In this document: positions 48,890 through 62,369 of the stretch, piece after piece
How positions within the stretch are numbered: the first letter of the stretch is position 1
How the letters are laid out: each line of letters starts with the position of its first letter
NCBI GenBank assembly: GCA_028023455.1
Contig: JAQFVV010000005.1
Location: 7,626,001-7,690,000 of the forward strand
Reading direction: 5' to 3'
DNA from: Epiperipatus broadwayi
Taxonomy: Eukaryota; Animalia; Onychophora
DNA length: 64,000 bases
Position numbers and translations under genes: made by a program
The notes under the pieces: model-generated
The model's input: the letters and a program-made list of their open reading frames with translations, nothing else
Database searches by the model: none
What the model was told of the DNA's origin: nothing

Positions 48890-50880
48890 ATTAGATTATC
48901 TGATTTTTCCACCTATAATGAGCAATAAAAAAACAGTAACATAATTTCAATAATATTTGCGAAGAAGAGTTTTTATTCATCATGTATAAAGAAAAGTGCT
49001 TTACAAAAAGAGATAATCTAAACAGACATTTTCCTAATATATAACCAAGATTTGATCGAGATTTTTCTGCGAATTCTATAATAAAATCTGAATTACAAAG
49101 ATTAAAAAGATCTTTAAATTTGCAACAATTTTCGCTCAAAAAAAGTTGTAAATCAACAATGCGGGTGTGTCGAATTTGAGATATTCAAAAAAGCTTTTTT
49201 AGCTGCAGAGATAGCTTATTTCACAATTTTCCAAAATAAAATGGAGATTATTGATGATATCCAAGTTGTATAAACTTTCCAAACAATCTGTAACAAGATG
49301 AGTTGAAACCATGGCGATGGATTTAAGATCAATTTTCCACTTCAATTTGATGAGTCAATTGACAGTTGCAGTATGTCCAGCTTTGTATATTTTATGTTTA
49401 GTACTTCTTGATTTGACTGTAAAGGAAGAATTTCTCAAAATTCTATCTTTAAAAGAGCAACCAGAGGAGAGGACATCTATAATGTTTTTAAAGCTTTCAT
49501 ATTATCCGAAAATTTTCCTCTTAAGAAATTTGTTTCCATCACTACAGATGATGCTCTGTGAAAATGGATTTTTAGCATTTTGTAAGAGAAATATTGATTT
49601 TCCTAATTTTATGTCATACCACTGCATAATTCATCAACAATCATTATACAATAAATTTTTAACCTTGATGATGTTATGAATACAACTATTAAAATAATCA
49701 ATTCGATTCAGATGAAAGTACTGCAAAGAAGATTGTTTCAGTCATTTTTAGATAGCATTGATGCAGATTATGATGATTTAATTCTCCAGTCAGATGGTTA
49801 AGCAAAGCTAATGTTTTAGAAAGATTCCACAAGCTGTTGCCACATATAAAAGATTTTCTGGATGAGAAGGTGTGGCTGCAAAAGCTAGCATTTTAACGGA
49901 GCTTACAATTATATTAAATGAATTAATGTAAATTTACAAAAACAAAACAATAGCCGACATAATTATCTCCATTGATACATTTAAAATGAAACTGGAAATG
50001 TGGATTTCTCAAATTAATAAAAAAGATCTGAAACATTTTACAAATTTAAGAGGAAAAAAATGGGTCAAATATAGAAATGTGATTACTAAGAATTTGGAAA
50101 TATTTTGCAAAACATTCTTTTGCAATTTCAACAATGATTTCAAAACTTTGAAAAGGTTCACCCAATCACTTCATTTTTCACACCACCATTCTCTAAAATA
50201 AATATAGAAAATCAAGCTGTACTAATCGCAGAAGTATTTAATATGGACATAGGTAGCTTGGAAATACAATTAATTGAATTACAAAATGACATTAGATTGA
50301 AATCACATGAGCAATTTGATATATGGAAGTATATTATCATTGAGAATTATCCACTATTGAAAGATGTGTATCTTAGACTTCATTCATGTTTTGCATCTAC
50401 ATATTTATATAAATCATCATTTTCTCATATGAACTATTTACCGAGGCTGTAACCTCGAGAATATGCGTGTAAAAAGCTTGTGGTTAAACACCTGTAGAGG
50501 TCCCTACTATCGCATTTTACACGCATATTCTCAAGGTTACAGCCTCGGTAAATATTACTTACGTAATCAATGTGCGTTTAATAAATTTATCATATGAACT
50601 ATATAAAAATTAAATATTGTACTCGTATGACTGAAAATCATCTTAATGACTGTTTATGCTAAGGTGTTTCTATAATTAGAAACACCAAATTACTCAAAAA
50701 TAGCCAATAATATTCAATGTTAATCATCACATTAAATAAATAAATTTGTTTAAAATTTTAACTATATTTCTTAATTTCATTTATAAATTGATTCATTTTG
50801 CATTTTTTCCCATTTAGTTGATCGCCATTTACTTGGAAAATAAAAAATAACTCTTAGGTTCTAAAAGGTTGGATACATAG
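48890..50880 (+). mobile_element. hAT (Charlie/Spin, GTF2IRD2-like) transposase remnant
   Basis: KRDNLNRHF, QFDESIDS (FDES motif), SYHCIIHQQSL, KMKLEMWISQI, YPLLKDVYLRLHSCFASTYLYKSSFSHMN..KYCTRMTENHLNDCL. The 3' end aaaaggttggatac resembles a hAT TIR. Many stops. Confidence 0.85.
50438..50589. mobile_element. 152-bp hairpin insertion with a 13-bp TSD inside the hAT transposase
   Basis: tcatatgaactat is duplicated at 50425-50437 and 50590-50602. Arms 50435-50474 and 50515-50554 are 39/40 inverted. The transposase reading resumes after the second duplicate. Confidence 0.85.
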
Positions 50881-52639
50881 ACAAATCCTTATATCTAAGA
50901 TTGGGGGTATTCTCCTTGCAGAATAGTAAGTTTTAAAAAAAGCAGCTATGATATTCGCAGATTATATTATAGGGCTTTTAAAAATTATAGTCTGGTAATA
51001 ATAATAAATAACCTGTAGAAAAGGGTTAATTGATCTATCTCACTAGTAATGTGGGCATGATCACTGCTTGTTTGTCATTTCCAGTAGTTGGGCATTGCTT
51101 TTATCAAATTGACTTATAATCATGATTACTTGTGCCTGAAACATCTAATGAACTTTGATAATTTACTTCAACTATTTCTTAATGATTTTAACTTATTTAG
51201 TAATGTAATTAATCTTAAACTGATAATTACATAAAATACAAATTTTAAACTTGGTTTCTAAGAATGGGACTTGATTCAGTCATAATTATGAAATAGTATA
51301 AAACACAGATATGAGAATGCCTACATGTATAGATTGATATGAAAAATGAATAGAAAATGAAGTGTAAAGTCTCTACTTTCAGGTCAAATATTATAGGTTC
51401 TAAGGCTTAATAAAACAATACAAGCAGTGATAGTAGATGTAATTTGTCACTGAGGCAAATATCTCTCATTCTTCTTCCCCTTTGTTGTCTATAACTTCTT
51501 TGGGTTGGCCAATTTTCAAATCCATTGATGAAATTGCAAAAATATGAACAATGTTTAAGGCAAAGACTGGAGAAAATATTGTTTGTTTAGATGCACTATG
51601 TATTTTATATAGTTGTAGATTTATTCTTTAAAAGACCCAAATAATTAGTCTTGCTCTGTGTCGTTAAACGTAGTGGTAGAGTAGCAAACCCTGGCATTAA
51701 CATCCCTGAGTTTATCGCTGTTTGTACTTGAACTGTTCAATCCTGAGTAGTAATTTTTTTTTTTTTTTTTTACAGAAAGTTTAAAGTTAAACTGAATGCT
51801 TTTCTAATTTTGTTTCTAAATAAGATCTTTTGTTAATCCTATTATTGTAAAATAATTGAAAATAGTGTTTTTCCAATTCTCACTATTCAAGATTTAAATT
51901 TTAAATCTTTTACTCTAAATTAAACTAAACTTATTTGATCATAATTGACATTATTGTTAATAAATCTTTTTAAAAGTTATGATTGGCATTATTATTAATA
52001 TGTCTGTCTTAAGTTATAACTGATTTTATTTTATATATCTTTATAATTCTCTTGAACATTATATATTGAAAATGATATTATCCTCCAAACTAAAAAACAT
52101 TTTGATTATTTCTTATTATTATTTAATGATCACTAAGTAAACAAAATATGATGATAAGAAGTAATACAAAAGTTATTCTTTTCAAACTTTTTTTTTTACT
52201 TATATGGTTCAAATATAAGGCAAAGACTGAAGAAATAAATAGTGGATGATTTCAATGGATTCTCCAGCCATACAAGTGATACTTTTAAGTATTTTTTTAA
52301 TATTACATTGAAAAATTCAAAGAATTAGAAGATATCAAATTAGACTTCATACTAAATTTATCGTACAATCTTCTTTCATTTGATGATATCTATTGTTTCA
52401 GAAAAAAAAAATTACTATTTACCTTTTTAATATTTTTTCTGGAAGGTAGAGAAATTTTCTAAGAATAGTTCTATTATTAAATGTTGACAATTCCTTAGCT
52501 ACAAGTGCTGTCTTATATTCAGGTCTTAAAAAATTTACACAAAGTTTACAACTTCTATCTGCTTATTTTTAAAATAAAATTGAAATATTTATTTTTATCC
52601 CCTGTTTTACTACTACTATACTGATATTACATATACATT

Positions 52640-53850
52640 TTAAAACGTGGCTAGAAGGATGGCAAAATGGATGGAGAAAATAATATAGTGGGAGAAATGC
52701 AAGGAGGTTTTGGAATGGATAGGTATATAGGAGATAGTTTATTTGTAGTCACACAACTTAGATATGAATAGAAATACAGGTAGACAGTTATATATGGTCT
52801 TTATAAATATAGGGAAAGCATATGATAGAGTAAATAGAAATAGATTATGGGTAAGTTTAATAAATTTGGGAGTGAATGAAGCTTTAGTGGATCTTATTAA
52901 AAAATTGTATGAAAATACTTATTATATGTAATAATTAGGAAAAATGGAATCAGTTAAAAATGCAGTGGCATGAAAGCAAAGATACCCTGTGTCATCTATT
53001 TTGTTTTTGTTATATTTGAGAGAAATAGAGCAATAGAAAGAACTAGGAAGAGGGGTAGATATACCATTAATAGATAGCAAGGGAGTGTATACATTATCAG
53101 ATCTTTTATTTGTTGATGATATCTTCTTGTACACAGAAAGTAAAGAAGATATGGAATTTATGCTGAAGACTTGTGCTATCATGGATAAAGAGATGAAAAT
53201 TAAAGTTAGTGAAGAAAAATCAAAAGTAATAATAAATGCTGGGGAAAAAGAAGAGAAATAATTTTAATTGGGGGATATAAAGTTAAATGTGATGAATAGG
53301 TATAACTATTTGGGAATCATTTTAAATAATCAGAGAAATTGTTTTGATGAATGGGAGAAAAAATTGATAAATGAAGCACAGAAAAGAAAGGGATTGGTAA
53401 AGAAATTAACAGTGTTTCCATATAAATATGTTATAGCAACAATTTTATGGAAGAAAATGGCAGTAGCAGGATGAACTTATGGTAACCATGTGTTATGTGT
53501 TAGTAAAGTAGTGTTAGATTACTTAAAAGAAATACAAAGAGAAGTAGGAAGACAAGCATTAGATGCAGATGTGTGGATGACGAAGGAAGCCATTCAAGGA
53601 GAAATTGAATGGGCAAGTTTTTTAATGAGAGATACAAAAAGCAAAATGAAAATGTTTGGTACATTGCAATTTATGGATAGTCAGAGAATAGACAAAATAG
53701 TATTTAATTGGATTACGATTAAAGGACAGGCAACAAGATGGGTGAGAAAGGTAATATGGTATGAAGATTTGGATAAGGACTTTATGATTGTGTTAGAAGG
53801 ATTGTTGAGTGTTATAGTGGCAAGGAATGGGATAGACGAATAGATGTATT
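52640..53850 (+). mobile_element. CR1/L2-like LINE RT remnant
   Basis: GEMQGGF, IGKAYDRVNR, RYPVSSILF, DLLFVDDIFL, IKVSEEKSKV and NVMNRYNYLGIIL. Same family as 30185-32260. Confidence 0.85.
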
Positions 53851-54430
53851 AATAAAAATTGGGAGATGGTAAAAAAACTAAATAAAGTAATATTCAATGG
53901 ATTTTGTCAAAAGAAAAAAAAAATTGATAATGTGAAATTAGAAATTTACAATTATGAATACCTTGGTCAGATTATCAATACAGATGGAAACATAATTGAA
54001 TTAATTATAGAATTAAATATGGATGAAGTGTTTTGATATAACTAAGTTAATATTAAAAATAATATGTCTATATGTTTGAAAACAAAGGTTTTTTTTATAA
54101 ATCTGTTTTATCATTTTTTACTTATAGACCTGAGATTTGGACATTTAACACAGGAACAATACAAAGACTTCAAACCAGAGATGTATGTTAGGTATAACAA
54201 GGAGGAATCAAAAATTAAATACATGGGTGAGAAAAAATACAAATTACAATATTATTTAAAGAAATAAGTTATTGATGTGGAGCTGGACTTGACATATTGC
54301 TAGAAGAGATGATAATAGATGGATAGTTGAAATTTAAAATAGGATTCCAAGAGATTTTAAAAGAACTAGAAAGAAACCACTTGCAACATGGGTGGATGAA
54401 ATAAATAAGTTTGCTAGTGTGATATGAAGA
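53850..54430 (+). mobile_element. RTE-clade LINE 3' fragment
   Basis: YEYLGQII, MSICLKTKVF, WSWT*HIARRDDNRWI and ATWVDEI. Similar to 15902-16330. Confidence 0.75.
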
Positions 54431-55581
54431 AGAGAGACTATGAGAAATTAATTAAATTATTGCATAGTAAAGATCTCAAATTCGCTCTGCCCCTTCATCA
54501 GCAAAAAGGGATATATTCACATATTTTATTCTTTAAATAAAGATAGTGAATTTGTATACATGTTGTATAGCCTAATGTGATATATGCATTTAAATAATGT
54601 ATTACTATTGTAATATTTCACTTGTATAAAAATAAGCAAAGAGAAGTTTGTCCACAGTAGATGGTATAACTGATAATATGAATTATTTGTGAATGTTTGT
54701 ATGGTAAATCAGAACATCAATGACTGTTTGCTTATACTGTTTGTTCAGCTATAGTCAGAAATAATTTTGACCGACCCTTGTAAATGTGTATATTCTTAAT
54801 AAATCAGAATCATTTTTCTTTAAACTATTAATAATTTAATTATTATAAAATTGTTAAGATAAAAACTACTAAAGTAAAATTATTTGAAGATGAGAAAAAA
54901 AATCTGTATTTGGTCAAAGGAAATAATCCATTAACATAAATGCTAAATGGAATCAATATAATTTATTCTACAATATTAATTTGTGTAAGAAATCAGATTT
55001 AGATTATCATTTTATTATTTATGATTATCATTCTGTTATTTACATCTATTCAATTTAATTTTGTTAATTTTAATTAATGACTTCAGTACTTCACAATTAA
55101 AAGTCACTGTTTTTGATAGGTAAACAATATTATTAGTTTAAATAACAATACTCATGCTTAACAGGGGCATAGTTGTTAAAGGGTATACATTTAATGGAAA
55201 GATGAATAGGAAGAGTGGTTTATGTTATGGATAGGATAAATAAGCAACCAAAGGTTGGAATTAAATTTTTCATGTTTAAGTGGATAGTAAAAAATAATTG
55301 AAATGAACAATAACTGATATATTTTTAAGATTTTAGCAATGAAGAATATTCCTTCTAAAAATCTGAGATACAAGTTTCTAAATAATAAATACACCTGGGT
55401 ATCCATCAATTAATTAGCATGTATTCATAAAAGTAGAAATATTTTATAGGTATTATAAGATTTATATTATTGTAAACAACTGAATACTGCCAACATAAAT
55501 AATTATTTTCAATCACCTATGGTATAGATTTGAGAGATGTATATATTTTTGACTACCAAAATTAATTAAATTTTAAATTGT

Positions 55582-56600
55582 CTATAAATTGAGAAATTCA
55601 GGAGTATTCAGAACCTTGTAGTGACTAGCTTCATGATCAATACATTTTTCTTTATCTTTAAACTCACAGAAATATCACTTGAACTACTTCCTTGTCTTTC
55701 ATCAAACTTCGGAGAAAATTTCATATGAAAACATTTTTGATAGCTTATCAGATTAATTTACAAGTTGCTTTGTAATGGCACAAGTTGCAATGGATTTTCT
55801 TCTTCATGCATTTTGTTATATATTTTTAATTTGTATTTATCAATTGGTTTAAAATAAATTGGACTGACTAGGTCTTCTATTTTATGTATAAATCTTTAAC
55901 AGCAGTTCAGAACTCACACAAATTGCAATTGAAAAGTTGTTCTCCTGTATGTAATCTTTATATGTTTTAATCTGTATCAGTTATCTTGTAAGCACACTAA
56001 CTTTTCTTTAAACTCCCAACTTTACTATCTTGTCATCCCTACTTCCATCAAAAATTATGAAACTTATTTTTAGAATACTATTTAATGCTCTTATTTTCTT
56101 TATTATAAGATTAATTTATCTCTTTGAATAATAAGTTATATATTTACAATAAAAGAAATCAATGGATTCATTTTCTAAAATCATGTATCAATTACAATGG
56201 CTATTTGCTTATTTCTTCCCTCTCTTTGTTGCAATAATATCCTGGCATATTTTGATTCCAATGCTTTAGTTAAAAAACTAACAGTAATGTGACGATTAAT
56301 TTAGATTTTACTTAACATGTTAATTTATTAAATCTGTCATACTTAGTATAGCTATCAGTGTCATAATCATTCGTTAGATGTTTCTTGAAGTAGCTTCTTG
56401 TTGAATAATATGTAGATATTGCACATGATGGAATATAAAATACATTAAGCACAAAATTGAAATACAATTTGAGATTTTTTTAAATTTTGTTTTCTTTGTA
56501 AATCATTAATTGTATCTGATAAATTTTGGATTGATTCTTGGATAAAATTCATTGTTGTTTTTTATTTTCAGCCTCTGTCATAAACCTTATTGAAAAATAT
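55582..56600 (-). pseudogene. Decayed third C2H2 zinc-finger paralog ZF3
   Basis: Minus strand HTGEQLFNC (~55951-55925), and terminal FK*YFCEFKDKEKCIDHEASHYKVLNTPEFLNL* (55684-55582) matching the C-terminal module of ZF1 and ZF2. The upstream boundary is approximate. Confidence 0.7.
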
Positions 56601-59018
56601 TAAAATGAGTCATATAAAGTTGATGCACTAAATTGCTTTTTTCCAATAAACCTACAATTACATATGGCAGACCATAAAATATAAATTATGCTTAAAAATA
56701 GAAATACATGCTTAAAGTTCATGCAATAGTCTATCAGGTGCTATCAATGTGGAAGAAATGCTGATCCCTTATTTAGAAATATTATTTATAATTAAATGAT
56801 GAGATTTACATTATTGGTGGATGCTATTTAAGAAGTATATTTGACTCTTTTTGATAAATCCTGTCAAACTTCTTATTGATTAAATTTGCATGACTTATCT
56901 ACAAATATCTCAGAGCAGATTAGACAGAATATTTGATATTGTTAACTTCTTGAATAATTAATATAAAGTTTCTTTTCAGGAAGAGGCAAAAAACATTATA
57001 TATTATAACGATGGCCAACTATGCCTGGATTCGCACTTGTCCACGCACCAAATGTAACAGATGGGAAAATAACTTGCAAACTGTAATACTATGCAGATGT
57101 AGCAATCTGGTGTAGGATAAGTTAATATGCCCTAATTTATTGCCCCTAATGACACAATCTGCAGAGACCTACCAGGCTTAGAAGGGGAAAAAGTTGCATC
57201 TAACTACGGTCGGACTTTGGATCTTCTGGTAGAATGCTAATGAGAACCTGATGAAATGCTTAACCAATGATTGCATACATTTTAATTGACTAACTCTATC
57301 CCTATTTAATAATATCAAATGCAATTTAGGTTAGTTCATCCACTTTCCCCCTTTCCAATTCCGTTATGCCCTAATAATATTCAAGCCCAGAGAGAATATT
57401 GCTTTTGACTCCTCTAACAGGTATGAACAGATAAACATAGCAACTCCTGCACCTATATATAGGTTACAACTAGCATTTATTATATTTGTTTTACATTAAA
57501 GTTTTTATATGACAAGAAAAATAGATGTGTGTGCATGCATGATTGTTTATAAACTGTGGAATGTCAGGACAACTCAATAAAACAGAGACTGGAATAATAT
57601 AAACTCTTAAATGTTTATTAACAATAATAAATAACAAAGTATAATAACAATAGTAATGGTAAAAATAATAATAATATGTACATGTGTCACATGTGAACCT
57701 CTACCATTTTATTAACTAGTGGTTCTCCAGATCCAACCCTTATACCCCATGGTAGAAATCCATCTATGTCACTCATTCTTTACAAATCATAATTATATAG
57801 AAAAATAAACTTTAGTAATTTAAGATAATTGAGATGCTGGCTACCTATTTAACTTAAGTTACCCCCAATTTATATATATGATAGAGATAGAAATTAATAC
57901 TAGTTGATTAGTCAATCATACTTGAAAATATATATACAAGATTAATCAACAAAATAAAACATATAATATGTATTCTGTATCAAGTGTTGCAATTTAATCT
58001 ATAAAAATAAATGTAGAGAATCTTACCTTACTATTTATGTGGATAACCTGATGTAAAGCAGGTGGATTAACCTAAATTTTATTTACAATGAAAATAACAA
58101 AAATATCAAAGTGAATAATCCCCCCCTTTTCTTCTTTGCTAATTCTGAAAAATGAGGCTTCAGCACCAGAGTGTGAAAATACAACATAGATAACAAGAAT
58201 AAAAAAAAATAAATAGAAATTTACAATATTGATTTCTTGATTAAAAATTGTAATTGGAACAAAGTTCATAAAAAAATCATGCTAATAGAAGTTGTAGTTA
58301 ATAGTTAGGCATGTTCTCCAAAAGCAGTTTCACTTAGTAAATCATTTTCCTTAGCAAGGATAGATAGGTATAATGGGGTCTCCTGTAGTTGTGTATGGTA
58401 AACACCTTGATCCTTAATTGATTCACCATTAAATATTTCAATACTTGTTTACTTTGTACTGCAGACATCCTCTTGTATGTTTTACAATAAAGTAGAAAAA
58501 TAAATAAATAGAGGTTTAATACAGCTGTTAGGAAATAACATGATGCACAATAGCATGTTTTGCTTTAGCCCATATTCATATTAAAGTACAATTCAATAAT
58601 TATTTATAATCATAAATTTATATTGGATAATATAGAAGCACTTTACATATATATATATTAAGAAAATTATTTTCTTTTTCCAATTTTCAGCAGATTAATT
58701 TTCGTTATTCTTTTTGAAAAGATTTAAAATATTAAAAATTACTCCAACAACTTTTAAAACATGCTTTAATTATTACAAAATTTATCAATTATTCTTATTT
58801 CACTTTCTTCTGAATTTGGCAAAATTTTAGTTATAGCATTTGACTTTTAAAATTTTTTATGATTTAAATAAAAGAAAAAACAAAACTCAATTTTAGCATT
58901 TTAAATTTTAGTTTAAACTGCTTTCTATTGTTATAGCTGCTATATTATGACAAGAAAGAACGATTTGTAAAAAGTTTTTGTTTTTATACAATTTGTGCAT
59001 AGATCTCCTGAAACGCTG

Positions 59019-59084
59019 AGATTTTTAATTGCCTATTGTTTAAATACATTTAGATTTTTAACTGCCTATTGTTTAAATACATTT
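59019..59084. repeat. 2 x 33-bp tandem duplication
   Basis: agatttttaa(t/c)tgcctattgtttaaatacattt occurs twice. Confidence 0.9.
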
Positions 59085-59300
59085 CATTTATTACAGATAA
59101 AAAAAAAAATAATAATAAAATCAGTTTTATTTTCACACACGGCCACCTAACTTAACCTCAGGCTATCCCTAAAAATATATATATACATTACAGTTTATTA
59201 ATCCAATAGTATATATATATATAATATTACTTTTTAAAATATTGATCGTATAAAATTTATAATAAAATAACAATTTATTGTGCATTATATGTATATATGT

Positions 59301-60760
59301 TGTACCATTTGTTTATACGGTACAAATATATTGACATCCGGTAAGATATTTAAAAGCTAAAAAAAAAGAGTAAATTTAGCGATCTTTTAAAAGAAAAACA
59401 TTTTTTCTGATTAGTATAATTTATTTTTTTTAAAAAACGTACAATGAAAGTTAAAATTGTCGTTCGTATTTTTTTTATGTAATTAAAAATAAAAGTTAAA
59501 TTGGAAGAATAAATGACATGCACATTACTGATCCAGATAAATAAAAAGAATTTCAAAAATAAAAAGACTTTAAGTAGAAAAGTAAAAATTCCAAAAGTAA
59601 AAAGATTACAATTAGAAAATCTTTTTAATAATTAAAGATGGCAGAATTATGCTAAAAAAAAATAATAACTTTGTAACTTAAATTTAAGCGAAAGTGTAGA
59701 AGATTATTATCTTATATGCTGATAAAAGAACGAACAAAAGATATGCGCAGAAGTTTCAAAACTGGATCGGGGTATAAAAGGAGGACAACCTCGATCTAGG
59801 TCTTCTCTATACCTTCTAGTTATGTGCCTGAAAGCTGGAGGTTTCCGCGAGCATAACCTGTGGCAGTAATAGACGTCTGCACAGGTATGCCACTTGTAAT
59901 ACCTAGTCGTCAAGCAAGAAATGGAGACAGGCCTTGTGAAAACCGCTTTTTGCAATAAAAGGGTCACGACAACCATGCCTTTTCTCCGGTTATAGAACGG
60001 AACAATAATGGAAGACACCGGCAGGAGAGACCGATGGAAATTTTAAGAGCTCGGGATCCCAAAAGCACACACCAACTTACCGGTAAGTTAAGAGTAACTT
60101 TTCCTAATTGTGACAAAGTTTGCAAACAATTATAAAAAATTGATATCAAAATAATCCCGATCAAGACTTCAAATTTTATTCTTCAAGAGACTCTTGTGTA
60201 CCTAAGAATTATAATCATTGAACTGTTTTTTTATCATTAATTAATTCATATCTAGATTAGTGTGTGTGTGTCATCTTTCCAATTAATTAAATCATAATGT
60301 TTTTGTTTTTTATTATTTATATTTTAATTTGTTAAAATAAAAATCTTTATTTCTAATACCTCTATTCATTGTACGTTATTAATGATTATTAATAAATTTA
60401 TTAAAGTTAATTATGATTTGAAAATATAATTTACCTTGCCAACGCTGTATCGAAACTCAATCCTCCAGAATTTCTAGATAATTTCGTCGTAGCTAAATAA
60501 ATAAAAAAGGGATGTTTGCCAGTGAATTCTAATATAGAATTCTGGAGTCTTTCAAATAAATTAAAAGCTGGCTTACTTTATCCCATTATTTTAGTAGCTA
60601 CATTAGTTAAAAGAGTGTTGTGTGACCAGGAAAAATAATTGTGTCCATTAAATCTTACTGAATTGTATGACAAAACAAATTTAATAGATAGGACGTAATT
60701 TGGTCACCGAGTACGAGTAGTTAACTCATTTAAAACACAAAATAAGTAGCGGACGTTACA
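59301..60760 (+). mobile_element. Solo LTR C (1.46 kb), Gypsy-like
   Basis: TGTACC (59301) to GTTACA (60760), with an ATGT TSD (59297-59300, 60761-60764). TATAAAA at 59773, donor CG|GTAAGT at 60083, AATAAA at 59954 and 60555. Confidence 0.78.
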
Positions 60761-61764
60761 ATGTAATAATAACAAACAAATAATCTTCCCATTATTAATA
60801 CAAATTCCAAATGGATTGGGTTCAATAAGTAGGCTTGATCTTTTTAGGAATATTTGCATTGTAAGCTACCCTTTACAATATGTACAATAAGTTCATGTAC
60901 AATACCACAGACAAATATATCATGTCCAATACCTGAATACGTCTAAGAATAAATATGTTCTAGAATGATTGTAATTTTTAGTCTAAATTATCATTAATTA
61001 AAAAGGCAAATCTCCTTTTGGATAACTCATATCAATTTTAAATTTTTAACTGTGTTTTCTAAGAAAGTAAATGGGAGAAAATGGTCTAATTTGTAATCTC
61101 TATATGCCACGGTAGCCAAATTTCATGCAGCAAGAGCCTTGTGTTAAAATTACAATATACTCAAGAGTAACAATTAAATTTTTGAAGTATTCAGCAGAAG
61201 CAAATATTTGACTTTTTTTTCTATTAATAACATTTATTAATTATATACAAAAAATTAAGAAACAAAATAAATAAGTGCAAACTAAATCAATAAAAAATAT
61301 TTATTATTCATGTAATTGTTTCTGATTAATAAGAACATTCAATATTTTCATAAGGTGTTCATCATTTGTGCTTGATATTTTGATTTTACAAACTTCATTG
61401 TTAAGTATAATAATTCACAAGGATACATTGTACCAAAAATTGACATTAGTTTACAGATAGTTTCTTTTAAATGAGTAAATTAATGGAAAATTTTGATAAT
61501 CAAAGTAGAACACACCTTTGATAACATTTGAATTAAAACTACAGAGAATAATATCATTGGATAAAAACCAAACAAAAACTGAAACAATAAGTTTGAAAAA
61601 TGCATTATATTTCCAGGAAACTATAATAAAAAAATTAGAGAAATTGAATATGTAAACAATCATTATTAAATGGCTAGCACAAAAGTTTAATGCATATATG
61701 GTTTCAAATAAAATATAAACACATTATGCTAATATAAATTATAACGATTATATTTCAAAAGATT

Positions 61765-61830
61765 CTTGAGGGTCGCATTGAACCAACTAAAGAGCTGCAT
61801 ATAGCTTGTGGGTCATAGTTTGGCCAGGGT
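61765..61830 (+). mobile_element. hAT-type non-autonomous element end
   Basis: gggtcgcattgaacc...gagctgcatatagcttgtgggtcatagtttggcc resembles the CpG-decayed GGGCCGCA...GCGGCCCGCGGGCCGTAGTTTG subterminus of hAT MITEs. Confidence 0.45.
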
Positions 61831-61974
61831 ACCTTATGCGTCAATAATTTTTAAAAAAGCATTTACTGGAAAACAAAACACCCATTTAATTCTAGTACAA
61901 ATGTTCAGCTTATAATAAAAAAAATTATATTTTTACCTTAGTAATATCCAAGAGCTAGCTTTATTACAAGATAA

Positions 61975-62110
61975 TTTAAATTAAACAGGCAAAAACTCTC
62001 CATATAGTAGTGCCATCTTGTGCTAATCAGGGTAATCAATGGAGAGTTTTTGCCTGTTTACTAACAGCTATGTGCTAGCATGAGATGGTGATCATGTGAT
62101 GTTTAATGAT
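61975..62110. repeat. Foldback copy of the hammerhead repeat family (no core)
   Basis: Perfect 22-bp inverted repeat at 61982-62003 and 62039-62060, followed by gagatggtgatcatgtgatgttt (reverse complement of the family end). Confidence 0.8.
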
Positions 62111-62369
62111 TTAAATTACCTATGCTATCATGGTGTCTTATTTACAATATATTACAAATTTCTAGTTACTTTTTAAAGAATTGTAGTAAAAATTTATTAG
62201 CATTCTGTAATCACAAAAATTGCAGTCCCTATACAAACTCATTTATTTATTTCAAAATTCATATCTATTCAAATGTTTTTTTTTCAAAAATATAGAAAGA
62301 GATTAGATTTATTTTTCTATTCCTTTAAGACTAATGCATTGATAAATCCTTTACAAAATTTTAATTCAC

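Noticed and set aside
54470-54510. Hammerhead at the minus-strand CTGATGAAGGGGC
   Set aside because: GAAT replaces GAAA, and there is no stem I or stem III pairing.
57005-57900. Additional LTR or retroelement internal fragment
   Set aside because: It is GC-richer with a minus-strand TATA-like site and AATAAA, but no matching TG..CA pair with TSD, PBS, PPT or recognisable protein motif could be established.
59135-59170. Telomerase template or telomeric repeat (cctaacttaacct)
   Set aside because: It is a single imperfect TTAGG-like word with no promoter or structure; such words are common in arthropod Helitron/MITE-like repeats.
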